Assembly: GCA_002269645.1 (NCBI GenBank)
Contig: NIVC01004788.1
Location: 1-35,018, forward strand
Direction of reading: 5' to 3'
Source: Macrostomum lignano
Taxonomy: Eukaryota
Length of the DNA stretch: 35,018 bases
In this document: positions 18,650 to 32,386 of the stretch, piece by piece
How positions within the stretch are numbered: the first letter of the stretch is position 1
How the letters are laid out: every line of letters starts with the position of its first letter
Position numbers and translations under genes: made by a program
Notes under the pieces: generated by a model
The model's database searches: none
Told to the model about the DNA's origin: nothing
What the model saw: only the letters and a program-made list of their open reading frames with translations

Positions 18650-19859
18650 AAATGTAGGTAGTTTTTTTTCTAAGAGTGAGATATATACAAAAAATTGCAC
18701 AAAAATTATACACAACTTTCTATTCCAAAATTGCTATGCAAATATTCTATCTTAGTATATAATAATATAGCATATAGGGCATATAGATAACACTTAATAA
18801 ACAGGTCTATAATCCACTTAACAAAATACTGTTTTAACAAAACACAGTATTTTGTTAAACTAATATGATTAATAAATAAAAGCAAAAAGAATCAATAACT
18901 AAACAAATTAAAAAAAGGATACTAACATATATATTTATGGCAGTGCTTATTATTACCTTTGTCATAATGCCAATGGTTACATGTTATCGATATAGTATTA
19001 AGCCAACAATGCCCTGCTTATTTGACTTATGCACAACTGCTAGCCAACCCTGCCCATCTAGCCACTGTAAATTGTGAAGAATATAAATATAATACTAATT
19101 AGCTAAATTTTATATGTTATGAAACATTTTGCCTTAATAAGATAATCATAGTTATTCCTGCTATTTATCCAAAATTTGCTTTAGCTTTAGGGTTGCTTTA
19201 GGGTTTTTTTTCATAAGTTGCATTTTTTTTAAAAAGTAAGTTGCATGGCTAGTATAAATCAGGGGGGTTACATATGTTTGATTTGAATAATAGCTAAATT
19301 ATAAATATATCATAGGCCTATTCTTAGCATATGCCATACTAATAAACAATATTATCCATGTGGTACCATGTCAAAAATGCTTTGCTTATTTACATAGCAG
19401 CTAAATTATAATATTTGGTATTAACTTGGAAAATTACATTATATTAAAATAGGCTAAACTAAAAAAGGTAATAGTCCAATTCAGTAACAGCCACTTTGGT
19501 AACAAATGATGTCCAATTCAGTAATAGCCATTTTGGTAAAAGCCATTTAGGTTAAAATTAGTGGAAATACAATATATATTGATTGATATACTCAAAAAAG
19601 ATTTTGCAAACAAACTTTAAAGAAAGAACAACAAAAAAAGTAATTAAGATACATTCTCACAAACTTTGAGATTTGGATTGATAATGAAAACTAGGCCTAA
19701 GCATATTTTAGTCTACATGTATTTTTATTTTTATTTCCAGTTGTGGCAGATGCATATATATAAGCTAAGATATCCTGTTGACCAAATATTGTGTATATTA
19801 GAATCTCTGAGTTAGCAACTTCATTTACCAAATCTACTTTTTTCTTCATTTATAATTAG

Positions 19860-20570
19860 AAATACTTATCCCCACAGTCCCATGTCAATAATTCCAATTT
19901 TATCCACACAAATCCGTGTCAATAATTTCCAGCTTATCTCTATGGCAGCTCATTGGGATAGAGAACCTTAAAATGAATCTGTATAAAAATCTGTTCATTT
20001 GTTTGTTTTCACTTTTCTACAAATCTTCCAAATAAACTAGCCTACTGAATACTGAATAGTATTGAGTACTTTGTTAAAACTTTTTTGTCATTAAAAGGGT
20101 TAATTTTAAATATTTGCTTAGCTGCCAGCTTTGCTTAGAATGACTAAACAACCTTAAGATTGAGGCAAATGAGACTTGCAAAATTCAAATTTCAAAATGT
20201 AATACTTGTAATAATGATAATTATAATTTAATGTCAGTACACAAAACTAAACAACTGCACAATCTTAGCTGTGGGGAAAAGCTGAAAATTCTTGACACAT
20301 CTGTGTGGATAAAATTAGAATTATTGACATGGCCTATAGACTTGAATAGTGGCAGCTATTTCAATAAGCTGCAGTGAGAATAAGCTGTAGAAGTTAAATT
20401 ATCAACATGGATCCACGTGGATAAAATTGGAATTATTGATATAGCCTATAGACTTGAATGGTGGCAGCTGTTTCAATAAGCTGCCATGCAGGGGATAAGC
20501 TAAAAATTATCGACATGGATCTGTGGATAAAATTGGTATTTTTGGCATAGGACCGTGGGGATAAGCACTT
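19860..20570. mobile_element. Degenerate MITE-like element with ~90-bp imperfect TIRs and ~110-bp internal subrepeats
   Basis: 19860-19950 matches the reverse complement of 20479-20570 (roughly 80% by eye). gtggataaaatt recurs at 20305, 20417 and 20523. Confidence 0.6.
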
Positions 20571-22560
20571 CCTTTATAATTACTTACTTCAAATTTCAAT
20601 TTTCAACAATTGCTTAATGTTCTTTGCTGCCTTTAATTTTTTTTACAAAGTTAATGCACAAATTTAACCAAATTAGAATATGCTCAAAGAGAAGTAAATC
20701 TAAACATTCATAGGCCTATAGCTTATTACAAATATGTCTAAGAATTATTAATCATATAATATTATAACTTATATCATTGAAAATATCTAACTAGACTAGA
20801 AGGGTAAAGATAAGCCCTCTGCTTATTAATCAAAATAGGTCCTTATGAAACCCAATAAAAATAAAAATACAAAGTGTAAATAATATAACATTATATGTGT
20901 AATGAAATATGCATTTATATTTGTATTGCTAGTATTTTTTAAGAATTTATACTAATGTAACATATTCTAGGAATGTAATATACCAACTATTTACTTACTG
21001 TAATTTTTATTATATTATTTGTTTTGAATAGTGTTTTGTATGCAAATATAAGGTAAAACCAGTTTAAACCAGTTAGGCATGCATTGTACAATTGGTCTCT
21101 CAGGTGGCTACAAATAGGCCTAACCTTTAGACACTTCATCATAGACATAGACGTCACACTACTTGCCATAGACATAGACTTATATTAGAATATTACATTA
21201 TTTAAGTTCACTAAGAGTGTAGTTAATATTGCAACTATTATTACTATAATTACAATTAGCCTAATCCCAATACTAATTTTATCCAATATATAATAGTTAT
21301 AGTGAGTTAGTGAGCCAGTGTATGCCACCTAATGCTAATCTAACTAGATCATTAATATTATAATATTTACAGTCAACCTATATTAACCTACACAAATATT
21401 AAACCTGATTGCCCTGGCAGCGTCTTTGTTTCAATTTCTTTTACTCAACTCCAGTATAGAGAATTTGAATAGCAACCACAAGAAGTTAATATATTACATA
21501 AATATTGTTATTTAGCTTTAGCTATTATGCAAATAAGCAGGGCACTATTGGCATGACATCATGTGGATAATATTATCAGGATTAGCATGGGGATGTAGGA
21601 ATAAACACTGATATTATTCTTGCATTTGCAAGGAGCCAAGATGTTAGGCTTAGTTAAACTTAGTATCTTTCATATTTGGTAATATTATTCAGCTTAAACA
21701 TAATGTATAAATATTTCTACTTGAATTTGAACCTTGCAGTGTGTGAGTATGTAGATTAGAGTACATTTTCAATTTATTTCCTATCTTTCTTAGCTAGCAC
21801 TAACCTAACACTTAATTTTTCAGCACCAAAATATACTATTACCAAAGTGGCTATTACCTAAGTGGACTTTTACTGGGACATCCAAATCTTTTGATGAACC
21901 TGGAAAAAATTGCAAACGACTATGCAATATTTAGACATGAATACTGAGCCAGAGCCACCCCCTCTTCTGCCTCACCCACACTGTCTGCCTCATTATTTTG
22001 TGGGCCACACGTTTTGCTAGGACAGTTTTTTACTTTTTATTGTTTTAGCCGTAGCTTAAAATTACACAGAGTTCTGTTGAAAAAATCTGATAGGAACAAA
22101 ATGGTTGCATTTATTTTGTGTTTAATAATTAGTAAGTAACAAAAAATGAAGCCTAAGGCCAAAGGAAACATAATTTTAAATTTTGACTTGAATTCTTTCT
22201 TCTTGGAAAAATATTATTTTGCAATTTTTTGAATTAGCAGGAATTTCATTAACGATGCATAACGAATTACTTTTAAAGGCTCTTTCCTATTGGTACTCTA
22301 TATTAGTGCAACATTTGTGGTTCGTATTATTCGATTTATTTAAAGTAATGAAAGATGGCAGTGTAAACAAGTATTAAGGCGCTACCGAAGACTTTTCTAA
22401 AATTATCTAGTTGGTTGAATACAACTGAAAAAGTTTTCGACGCGAAAGTAAGTGCTTGTGAACAAAAGTATGCACTACTACCAATATGATCATAGTGTTA
22501 GTGGTAATTGTAATACAACAACAACAACAAAATACGCTGTCAAGATGGCAAAAGTCAGCG

Positions 22561-25390
22561 TCACAGGGCGCGCTTCATGGCTTGGGCGCGAACAAAGGCC
22601 GCGCCACCGGCAGTGTCCGGGGCGCCGGCGTCAGCCAGCAGACAGTCGACATAACGCCGAGTTCGCGCTTGAACTCGCCGGTAGGGTGCCTGCAGCGTGA
22701 GCAGCAGCACCTCCTGCACCGGCTGTGGGCAGTACGACTCGGCGCGGATGAGATGGCCTGCGAGCTGGAGTCGCCGACGGCGCAGTAGATCACTTGGACG
22801 TGGCAGGCCAGCGCGGCGATAGAGTGCCGCGTTGGTGACTCGCTCGACGCCGATGTTGAAGGCGGCGCGCAGCAGGCCAGCGTGCGCCGCATCGACTTGC
22901 TGTTTGAGTGAGTCCGTCAGCGTCCAGGTCTCGGCGTTGTACAGCAGGACGGTCTCGATTACCGCCTGGAACAGCGCCGCCCTCTGGCGGTCCGGTAGGG
23001 CCTCGAACTGCAGGACTCCCTCACAGAACGAAAGGCAGCCCAGGCAAGCCCGCGGCGGCGTCGCAGGTCCTCGCGAGCGTCTGGAACCAGACCGCCGAGG
23101 TAGACGAACTGCTGACATCGCGGGAGTTCGGTCGCCTGCCCGTCAGCGCCTCGGCAGAATATTGCAGCCTCGGCACGCAGAGCACAACGGTCTTCTGTGT
23201 GTTGACCACCAGGCCGACACTCGCCGCAACGGCAGCTAGCCTGTCCAGCTGCCGTTGGGCGCCCTCGACGGTCGAGGACAGCAGGGCGAGGTCGTCGGCG
23301 TAGCCAAGCACGCTGAGCCGCTTCTCCGGTTGACGTCGACCTACGCGTCGCCGCAGCAGAAAACCGTCGTCGTCGGTAGGAAGAGCAGTCCGCAGCACCC
23401 AGTCAAGCACCAGGACGAACAGGAACGGCGCCAGCGTATCTCCCTGAAGTACTCCGGAGGATGTCTCAAAGGAGTCCGATAGGCCGTCCGGTGTTGTCAC
23501 AGCAGCTGTCGTATCACGGTACATCGCCATGATGGCGGAGATCAGCTGCTCGGGCACGTTGTACGCGCGGAGCACCATTGGAAGCACGGCTCTGACAACC
23601 GAGTCGAATGCCTTCTTGAAATCAATAAAGATTAGAATCAGGATCGACTGGCGAATCCGCGCCTCCTCGATGACTCGGCGAAGAGCCAGGATCTGCGCCA
23701 CTGTGCCGCGATGGGGCCGGAACCCGTTCTGCTCTGGGCGCAGGTACGGATCCAGCACGGGCTGCAACCGCGAAAGCAGCATCCGGTTGAACAGCTTCGC
23801 TGCACAGGACTGAAGGCAGATGTGCCCGTGGTGCCCGGCCTAGTGGTGCCCGGCTTCTTTGGAACAGCAACGATGTGCGCCGTGGTCCATTCGTTGGGCG
23901 CCGCCTCACCGAAGAGCACGCGGTTCATCACTCTGGCGACCTCAGCGGCCACACAGAGGATGCGCAGCGCCTCGATGGGCACCTCGTCCGGACCCAGCGC
24001 TTTCCCGCCCGGTGACTGCTGGGCGAGCTTGACAACGTCGGCTGCGTTGACTGGGCCTACGCTGAAACTCTCCTCTGCCGGCAACGGCGTCTCCGGCGGC
24101 AGCGTCAGACTGTCTGGCAGCGGGGGTGGCGGCGCGTTGACGATGGCGGCGAAGAACTCGCGCAGCTCGTTCCTGCGCTCATCCGGAGTGTCACCAGCCA
24201 GGTTCAGCGGATTGCGCCGCTTTCGCCCCGTCAGAGCGTTGATGGCGGACCAGGCCACGCGCCCTCTGGCATCGGGCCCAGCGGCAGAGACAGCCTGAAT
24301 GGCGTCATCGACAGCCGCTTGTTGGCGCTGCAGGTAGACAGCCGCCAGAGCTGCCTCTGCCTCGCGGGTTGGTCACCTGCTCAAGCGGAGCCTCTCCAGA
24401 TCTTCCCTCGCTGCCTGAATCGCAGGGTCGTCCTGCCAGACCGGCTGCCCACGTTGAGCCGGTTGCATCATCGGGACTGCTTGCTCCGAGGCGGTTCTGA
24501 CTGCAGCGCACACTTCCGCATACTCGGCACTTCCACGCTTGTCGCCCAGCGCGGTGTTAAAGGCGCTAGCAAAGCAACGCTGCGTATCGGTGGCTCTGAG
24601 CGCGCGGTAGTAGCGCCGCGGTGGCCGCTTCGGCGGACGGTAGAGCGGATCGCGAAGGTTGAGGTCGCAGATGAGGAGCCGGTGATCGGACCGCAGAGCC
24701 AGCGGCTTGATGGTGCGGCAGTTGACGGCGCGACGACGCTCACGGAAACGCACGAGCACGTGGTCGAGCTGTGCTTTTCTCCGGGTTGCGTTCCTGCCAC
24801 GCGCGTTCCGTCGCCTCCGCTTGCAGCCCACGAAGGTTGCGAGACCGCTCAGTGGCTTGCGGAAGCGGGTGTGTGCCAACACCATGTCCTGCCTCTCCAG
24901 GAAGTCCTCCAGTGCCTCGGTGTTGTTGTTCCCGCGTGGCGTCACGAACAGCGACCTCTCGGACCTACGCAGGACTGCGTTCAGGTCTCCGAGGACGACC
25001 GCTGTGTCACGCTGCGCCATCGCCTCTACCTGCACTGAGAGCTGCTCGAAAAACTCTTGAGCCTCGTCAGGGCGTGTGGCAGGGCGCGCGTACGCGCAGA
25101 ACAGGCGAGCATTCCGACTGCGTAGCCGGACGTCGATCCGAAGCAACCGGGGGACAGGGAGACGCAGCGACAGCTCTGCTGCAGCCTCGGCCCGATCAGC
25201 GCTCCAACTCCTCCACTGCCTCGCTGGTCCGCAGAAGTATAGTAGAGGGTCCACCCGGCGCCCAAGTCCTCACAATGAAGTCCCGGGTCGGCCTTGATAG
25301 ACACCTCCTGCAGCGAGATGATGTCGCCAGCACCCCTCTACGCCAAGCAGCCTTGAGAGTGCGGCAGTTCAGCGTCCCGACCCGAAGCAT
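22561..25390 (-). pseudogene. APE endonuclease plus reverse transcriptase ORF, split into at least 5 fragments as assembled
   Basis: LRVGTLNCRTL, LGDLNA, LDHVLV, SDHRLL (APE); GPDE, PKKPG, QNGFR, FIDFKKAFDS, GVLQGD.L.P.LF, YADD, GL.VN.KT (RT); RRRLQLAGHL C-terminus. Confidence 0.9.
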
Positions 25391-25525
25391 GCCCTGTGGT
25401 ACAGCTTGGGCTCGATGCAGTTGTGCCTCACGGTCCCCGGCGCCACCCGGAGGATCCGAGTGGACCCGCGCGGCAGCTCGACGGGCGGCGCCACGCAGCC
25501 GGCCTCATCGGTTCCGCTCACGCCG

Positions 25526-25569
25526 GCGCTCAACACGCCGACGGGCGCTCAACACGCCGACGGGCGCTC
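25526..25569. repeat. 19-bp tandem duplication in the retrotransposon 5' UTR
   Basis: gcgctcaacacgccgacgg x2.3. Confidence 0.85.
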
Positions 25570-25588
25570 CGCTGCCCTCGCTTGGTCC

Positions 25589-25679
25589 TGCCGCATTTGG
25601 CCGCCGCAGCAGTTAAGCGCGGCTCTCCGCTCTGACCACGAGGAGGTAGCGGCATTTATCTGCACCGTGGTGCAAAGGC
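25589..25679 (-). ncRNA. HDV-like (delta-like) self-cleaving ribozyme candidate
   Basis: P3 ACC/GGU enclosing L3 UCCUCGU; GG for P1.1; P2 UGCCGC/GCGGCA; P4 GCCGC/GCGGC; J4/2 GGCCAAAU; P1 GCCUUUG/CAGAG-C (one base short). Confidence 0.7.
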
Positions 25680-27956
25680 AACAAAATGAAAATGACGACA
25701 CGAGTTTTTAAAGTTTTTGAAGCGTTGTTAGTATACGAGCTCGTATGTGCGGCCTTACTTTTTGTATTGAATAAGTTTGAAATATTTTTTTCGTGTTGAG
25801 AAATAAATTAAGGCTCGCTTTCTGGTTAGCGGTAGTGCTAGTGGTTACTGTTGCAGTGCCTTTCCATAGCAGCAGGGCCTTTAGCACCAAGGGCTTAGCA
25901 CCAGATGGGCTCCAGCTAAAGCACGATGCAGCATATCTTTCCCCCACCTAGCTCTTTGGATTTGCACTTGTTGCCTTTGAGTTACGGGCGTTGTTGTACG
26001 TGAGGCTGTTTACTAATGGAGTAAATCTAGCAAAAAGCCACTTCTCAGCTTCCCTTCGTGAATTCGAAAACAATTAGTGATCTGGCTCGCCAAAGTGCAT
26101 AGAAAATTAATGCATGCAGCTACTCTCTCTGCATTTGCGTGAATGGCAGCTAACCGCTATTACAGTGTATAGTCATGCAGTCCGGTTTCAATGTTAATCA
26201 TCCTGCATATTTGCTACATGTGGACAGCAGGCAGAATACACAATATACGGAAACTCGCGGACAAGCCATCATCGCCCTGGCTGGCAATTTGGTGATTTTG
26301 CGCAGATGCTTCGCATCAACCATATATAGTTGTGGGCTTGGATTTCAACACAGCCAGCGCTGGCCCGAGCGAGCTGCAGCTGTCCCACACCGCTCAAATT
26401 CTAACCGCCAACAAATGTGCGATGCGGGATTGCTTTTTTAGGCCTCGCAGTGTTTGAGCTCTCGGTTGAAAAATATGGTGGCACATCTGGCGGCCGGCAC
26501 ATCTGCTTCTGTATTAGATGAAATTTGACTGCTTTAAGCTGCGCTTGAGCAAACAGAAATTCATAACAGTAGAAGTCAACGCTAAGTGCAGTGTCTGGCT
26601 TCAGGAAGCCGAAACTGTTATTGATTTCGTCCTGCGAAATCGGACCTGCTCAATAGAAAAGCAGTGAGAATATATGGCGGGATTGGCTAAAGAAGAACCT
26701 ATATTGTCTGGTGGCTTTTTAATAAATAATAATACTTAACGCTTTACTTAACCACAGAGCGCCTTGGCTACTACCGCAAGTCAACTAGGCGACAGTCAAC
26801 CTGCAGCCAGCCAGACGACAATTTTGCTGTTATACGTCAGTTCCACTGACTCCGGAGCACGCGTGTCCACGACCGTCTCATCATTGGTACTGAGGTACAC
26901 TGTGCGAGTACCTCCTGCGCACACTGGGCCCTGGGGTAGGCCCTTATTGGCATCCATGCAGAGAGAGGTCACTGGTGCGAGAGACGGACGGACGAGTTAC
27001 CGCTGAGCAGTCCTGCCGGGCAGTTGGGTTACTCTGACCGATAAGGAACAACCAACTGAAAGGCTGATCAGTTTTAAGCATCGGAAACACCCAAGTACTA
27101 AGTTAGTGCAAGCAATGCGAAAGTGCTTCCCATGCCAGTGTGTTGTTGGCCTTCATCAATAATGCACGCCCTGCGGCAGGACAAACCGCCAAGTCGGGCC
27201 GCCCCCCAGCCGCTGAAGGCCCAGCGATCTGTGCACAGCTTTGTGTTGAACAGCTGGAATTCATTGCGCAAAATGGGGATCCCGGGCGGAGGGCCTTAGG
27301 GCAGCGGGTCCCAGATGTTGTTTGCCATTTATCTATTGCCAGTTTGGCATCCCAAGAGGACTGACGGAGGCCAGAGGCTTTAGGAACTCGGTGGGGGGGA
27401 CGCCCGATTATTGGCAGGCTGATCGGGGGTCGGTGGTCTGAGTATCGACTCAGCATCGACGCCTTCGCTCATGAATTATTCATTGCCGGGTCTTCTGGAG
27501 GCAGCAGCAAAACTTGAAATCCACTGGAGAGAAACTCCGTCTCCCCCGGGGCCGCTTGTCGCCACGCGGCTCCCGCAGTTGAGCCGTCGGGTTTTTTTCG
27601 ACCATTCGGCCAAAAGAAGAGGAATTTCTTCCCCTCCGGACCGGCCAGTCTGCGGCATCCGCTCTCTGGAAATGGTGAGACGGGTAGAGAGCGGAGGAGA
27701 GGACTCAGGCGGGAGAGAATGGGTTTACCCAGCTGCCAGGAGCCAACTGGATTCAAGCGGATGGCAGAAGGGGAGAGAAAAAAATGGGAAGAATTGAGTG
27801 AGCCGGCCGGAGCTTGAGTAGATTTTTTGGGGGTCTCATTTTCCCCCTCCTTGGCTGGCTCTCGTCTCCCCTCTCACACGAAGCTGCGGCAGGCTGAGGG
27901 GCTCAGTTTAAAAAGCCCAATGCTGCATCTTGGGGAGGGCTGAGCTGCCGCCTGAG

Positions 27957-29036
27957 ATGAGCCACGACGAGGAGCTGTTGGTCCCCGCCGCCCCCGGCTT
28001 CGAGGTCTGGCGCCTGGTTCTGGTGGGCCGCCTGATCCTCAACTCCGCAGCCATCGTGCTCAACCTGCTGAACTGCCTGCTGCTCAGGAAGCTCTGCCGG
28101 AAGCGCCGCGCCCACACCAGCCTGCTGAGTCTGCTCTACCTGAGCTACGCTGAGCTGGGCTTCACTGTGACCTCCCAGCTCTTCTCGGTGCTGTTTCTGG
28201 CTTCGCACACCGGCGGCCGAGACGACCACAGCCGAAGCAGCCCGCCTGAGCACCAGAAGTTCTTCGTGCTGGTCGCCCTGGCGAGCTTCGGCAGCCTGAA
28301 GCACAGCTCGCTGTTCGTGCGCCAGTGGTGGCTCGTCTGCCTCGTCTGCCTGCACGGCGTCGCCAAGCGCTTCCGAGCGCTGGCCCACCGCCTGGCCGCT
28401 CGGCGCTTCGTGCGCGGCCTGTACAGCCTCTGCCTGCTGGTCGGGGCCAGCTTCGGCCTCGTCCGTCTGGTGGCCGAGAAGATCCCGGAGTACTTCCGCA
28501 AAGACTACATCAGCGAGGAGCAGCACGAGCTCATCCACCGAGTGCTGTACGTTCTGGAGTTCGGCGTGCCGCCGCTCCTGGCCGTGCCATGCGTGGCTGC
28601 GCTGGCCGCCCTGGTGGCCTGCGCCTGGCGACGGAGCCCCGCCTGCGAGACGGGCGATCAGCAGGCGGAGGGGGACGCCGACTTATCGGTTTCCGCCGCC
28701 CTGCAGCAGCAGCAGCAGCAGCAGCAGCAGAGGTTGACTTGGTCGTGGCGCAGCTCACAGGTGGTGCTCATCATCGGGCTGCTGTTCGTGGTGCTGCAGG
28801 GCCCGCTGATCCTGCTGGACCGGGTGGGCGCGGAGTCGCCGCTGTTTATCAACCTGCAGGACCTGGTGATCTCGCTGTTCAGCTGCAGCTACTTTGTGAT
28901 CTTCTGCGCCACCAGCGCCGCATTCCGAAACAAGCTGGCGGTGATGTGCACCTGCACTGTGACCGCGGGCACAGCTGAGAGAGACACCACCGTGCTGGAC
29001 AGCGCCTGTGAGATGGTGCCCAGCAACAGAATCTGA
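27957..29036 (+). CDS. Intronless class A (rhodopsin-like) 7TM receptor-like protein, orphan/neuropeptide-receptor type
   Basis: About seven hydrophobic segments; TM1 N, TM2 LSYAE, KRFRAL at the DRY position, TM5 P, TM6 LQGP, F-R helix 8; strongly GC3-biased codons. Confidence 0.72.
   Translation: MSHDEELLVPAAPGFEVWRLVLVGRLILNSAAIVLNLLNCLLLRKLCRKRRAHTSLLSLLYLSYAELGFTVTSQLFSVLFLASHTGGRDDHSRSSPPEHQKFFVLVALASFGSLKHSSLFVRQWWLVCLVCLHGVAKRFRALAHRLAARRFVRGLYSLCLLVGASFGLVRLVAEKIPEYFRKDYISEEQHELIHRVLYVLEFGVPPLLAVPCVAALAALVACAWRRSPACETGDQQAEGDADLSVSAALQQQQQQQQQRLTWSWRSSQVVLIIGLLFVVLQGPLILLDRVGAESPLFINLQDLVISLFSCSYFVIFCATSAAFRNKLAVMCTCTVTAGTAERDTTVLDSACEMVPSNRI
28704..28730 (+). repeat. (CAG)9 polyglutamine tract in the predicted third intracellular loop
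   Basis: Direct reading. Confidence 0.95.
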
Positions 29037-29586
29037 GCGCATTCCTCATCGAGAATATGAAAAGTCGTCGGAATTCTAAGACGGTTTCCCTGCCCGCTGA
29101 TTTGCTGACTTGCTGACCTTAACTGTCCGGCCACCAGTTTGCAATCCACGGCATTGGTAAAATGCGCGAGTTGGAATCTGAATATGATTATAAATGCACC
29201 TTGGCACCGTATCAAATGCTTCAAGCAGTACACTCTGTGACTCTCTGTGTTGTCAGTCTAGCAACTCTTCTGTTAGTTGAAATAGGCTTTGCTATCTTAA
29301 AGATTAACCGTTTGTACTTTTGGGGTGTCGCGATTCCTCTCTGCCCCCCCCCAATTAACTAAGACTCAAAGCACATTTGCCCCATTGGTTAGAGAGAAAT
29401 TGAAACCACAAGACTAATAAATAAACGGCCTCAGAAAACCCAGTTTTAACAGCACAGCTGAGTTGCGCTTTGATATTTTTGTATTTTCTGGTGGCTCATA
29501 ACAACTACCACCATTAGTAAGCATGGATCATCGACCACAAGCAGTGTGAGGCGAATTGGCACGGCTTCCACTTTGTACTTCTAAGG

Positions 29587-30272
29587 GCATGATCTGATTT
29601 GACGGTTGCATGATCTGATTTGATGGTTGCATGATCTGATTTGATGGTTGCATGATCTGATTTGATGGTGCATGATCTGATTTGATGGTTGCATGATCTG
29701 ATTTGATGGTTGCATGATCTGATTTGATGGTTGCATGATCTGATTTGATGGTTGCATGATCTGATTTGATGGTTGCATTATCTGATTTGATGGTTGCATG
29801 ATCTGATTTGATGGTTGCATGATCTGATTTGATGGTTGCATGATCTGATTTGATGGTTGCATGATCTGAGTTGATGGTTGCATGATCTGATTTGATGGTT
29901 GCATGATCTGATTTGATGGTTGCATGATCTGATTTGATGGTTGCATGATCTGATTTGATGGTGCATGATCTGATTTGATGGTTGCATGATCTGATTTGAC
30001 GGTTGCATGATCTGATTTGATGGTGCATGATCTGATTTGATGGTTGCATGATCTGATTTGACGGTTGCATGATCTGATTTGATGGTGCATGATCTGATTT
30101 GATGGTTGCATGATCTGATTTGATGGTGCATGATCTGATTTGACGGTTGCATGATCTGATTTGATGGCTGCATGATCTGATTTGACGGTTGCATGGTCTA
30201 ATTTGATGGTTGCATGATCTGATTTGACGGTTGCATGATCTGATTTGACGGTTGCATGATCTGATTTGATGG
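29587..30272. repeat. Minisatellite, 21-bp unit (gcatgatctgatttgatggtt), ~33 copies with 20-bp variants
   Basis: Direct reading. Confidence 0.97.
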
Positions 30273-31096
30273 CTCATCACAAGTGATGGCATTGTGGGCG
30301 AGTCTCCAAAAGGCATTGTGTTGAGAGAGTCAGGCTGATTTTGGGGTACACACGAACTTAGACTAAGTTGGCCTTCCGACTGGTATATTTATACTTATAT
30401 ATTTATCTAGCTGCGACAAATCAATATCGGCAAACAGATGTACATAGAAGATGTATATATCTGCAAACCAACTATCCAACAGGAGGTCCATGCAGCACTT
30501 CAAAAAAGCTTAGCTCGTATCAGAAGTGTTCGCAAGATGGGAATGGACTCCGATTCCAGCTATTGATTGACAAGTTTTTTTCAGCTCAATGTTATAAAAT
30601 TGTGTACCTCCGCCTGCTGCCTCAGTCTCCTCTTTTTTTCTGTTTTTTTCGACAAAGTATCTCCTGCCACACGCATGAGCAAACGCGTGACACTGTCAGT
30701 TCAACTCTAAAAAAACTGAAGGCTTCCGATCTCGCTGGTGCATTTTGCTGCGAAACCCAGCCGCCAATCAAATCTGGCGCACTTTGGCGCAGAGATTCTG
30801 TTCGAAAGGAACTTGCAGCTCTTCGTAACCTTATCCTAGTGGGTGAGCCGCTGAGCCGTTGGAGTAGGAAGACTTCGACAGATGAGCTCAGCTAAGGATT
30901 CCAGCTGCTCAGCTCTGAGTCCACGAAACCGCCAGTCTCTCCCGCGACGGCCTCTGGGCTTTGGCTGCTGTGGCGGTCCCTTCATTCAGTATGCAAATTG
31001 TTTTCTGGCTCCGGCAGGTCGCGCCAGCAGGGATATCGGATTACCGTGCAGATTAACGTGCCCTGCAGTCACTATGCCAAGATTATAAACAACAAA

Positions 31097-32162
<1,066 letters not shown>

Positions 32163-32386
32163 TGAGTGAGTGTGTGCCTGTGCATACGACTGCGTATGTA
32201 TCCGAGTGTGCCTGCTCAGGGAAGTCGGGCGGAATGGACAGTAATGCTTATCGATTGCAACCCATGATGCTTTTGTATTTTTTTCACGATTTTTGCAATT
32301 GTAACAACGCATAAGTTAAAGCTTGAGATCTAAAAGGTATTTTAAACTCCAATCCAAAGACTCAAATACTCAAGTTGCCATTGACG

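Larger units (their letters stand above)
22534..25679 (-). mobile_element. Non-LTR retrotransposon, RTE-like (single APE-RT ORF), apparently full length
   Basis: Sharp GC-rich block in AT-rich DNA, APE and RT motifs, 5' ribozyme-like fold, candidate (c)aacaaaat direct repeats at 22525-22533 and 25679-25687. Confidence 0.88.

Noticed and set aside
19899-20531. Perfect DnaA-box-like TTATCCACA / TGTGGATAA motifs
   Set aside because: They are subrepeats of a eukaryotic MITE-like element; there is no bacterial oriC context.
22452-25711. Many overlapping + strand and alternative-frame ORFs
   Set aside because: Expected from high GC and shadowing of the RTE ORF; no recognisable motifs. The same applies to ORFs overlapping the GPCR.
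22493-25853. agtgttagtggtaattgt (~22493) versus agtgctagtggttactgt (~25835) as a diverged RTE TSD
   Set aside because: Several mismatches and ~150 bp from the ribozyme-defined 5' end; the 9-bp caacaaaat pair fits better.
29528-30316. Long repetitive ORFs (SNQIMQP, IKSDHAT, HQIRSCN)
   Set aside because: Artefacts of the 21-bp unit; frames switch at the 20-bp variants.
30368-31088. 175 aa and 68 aa ORFs
   Set aside because: No motifs or codon bias like the GPCR gene; cannot be supported.
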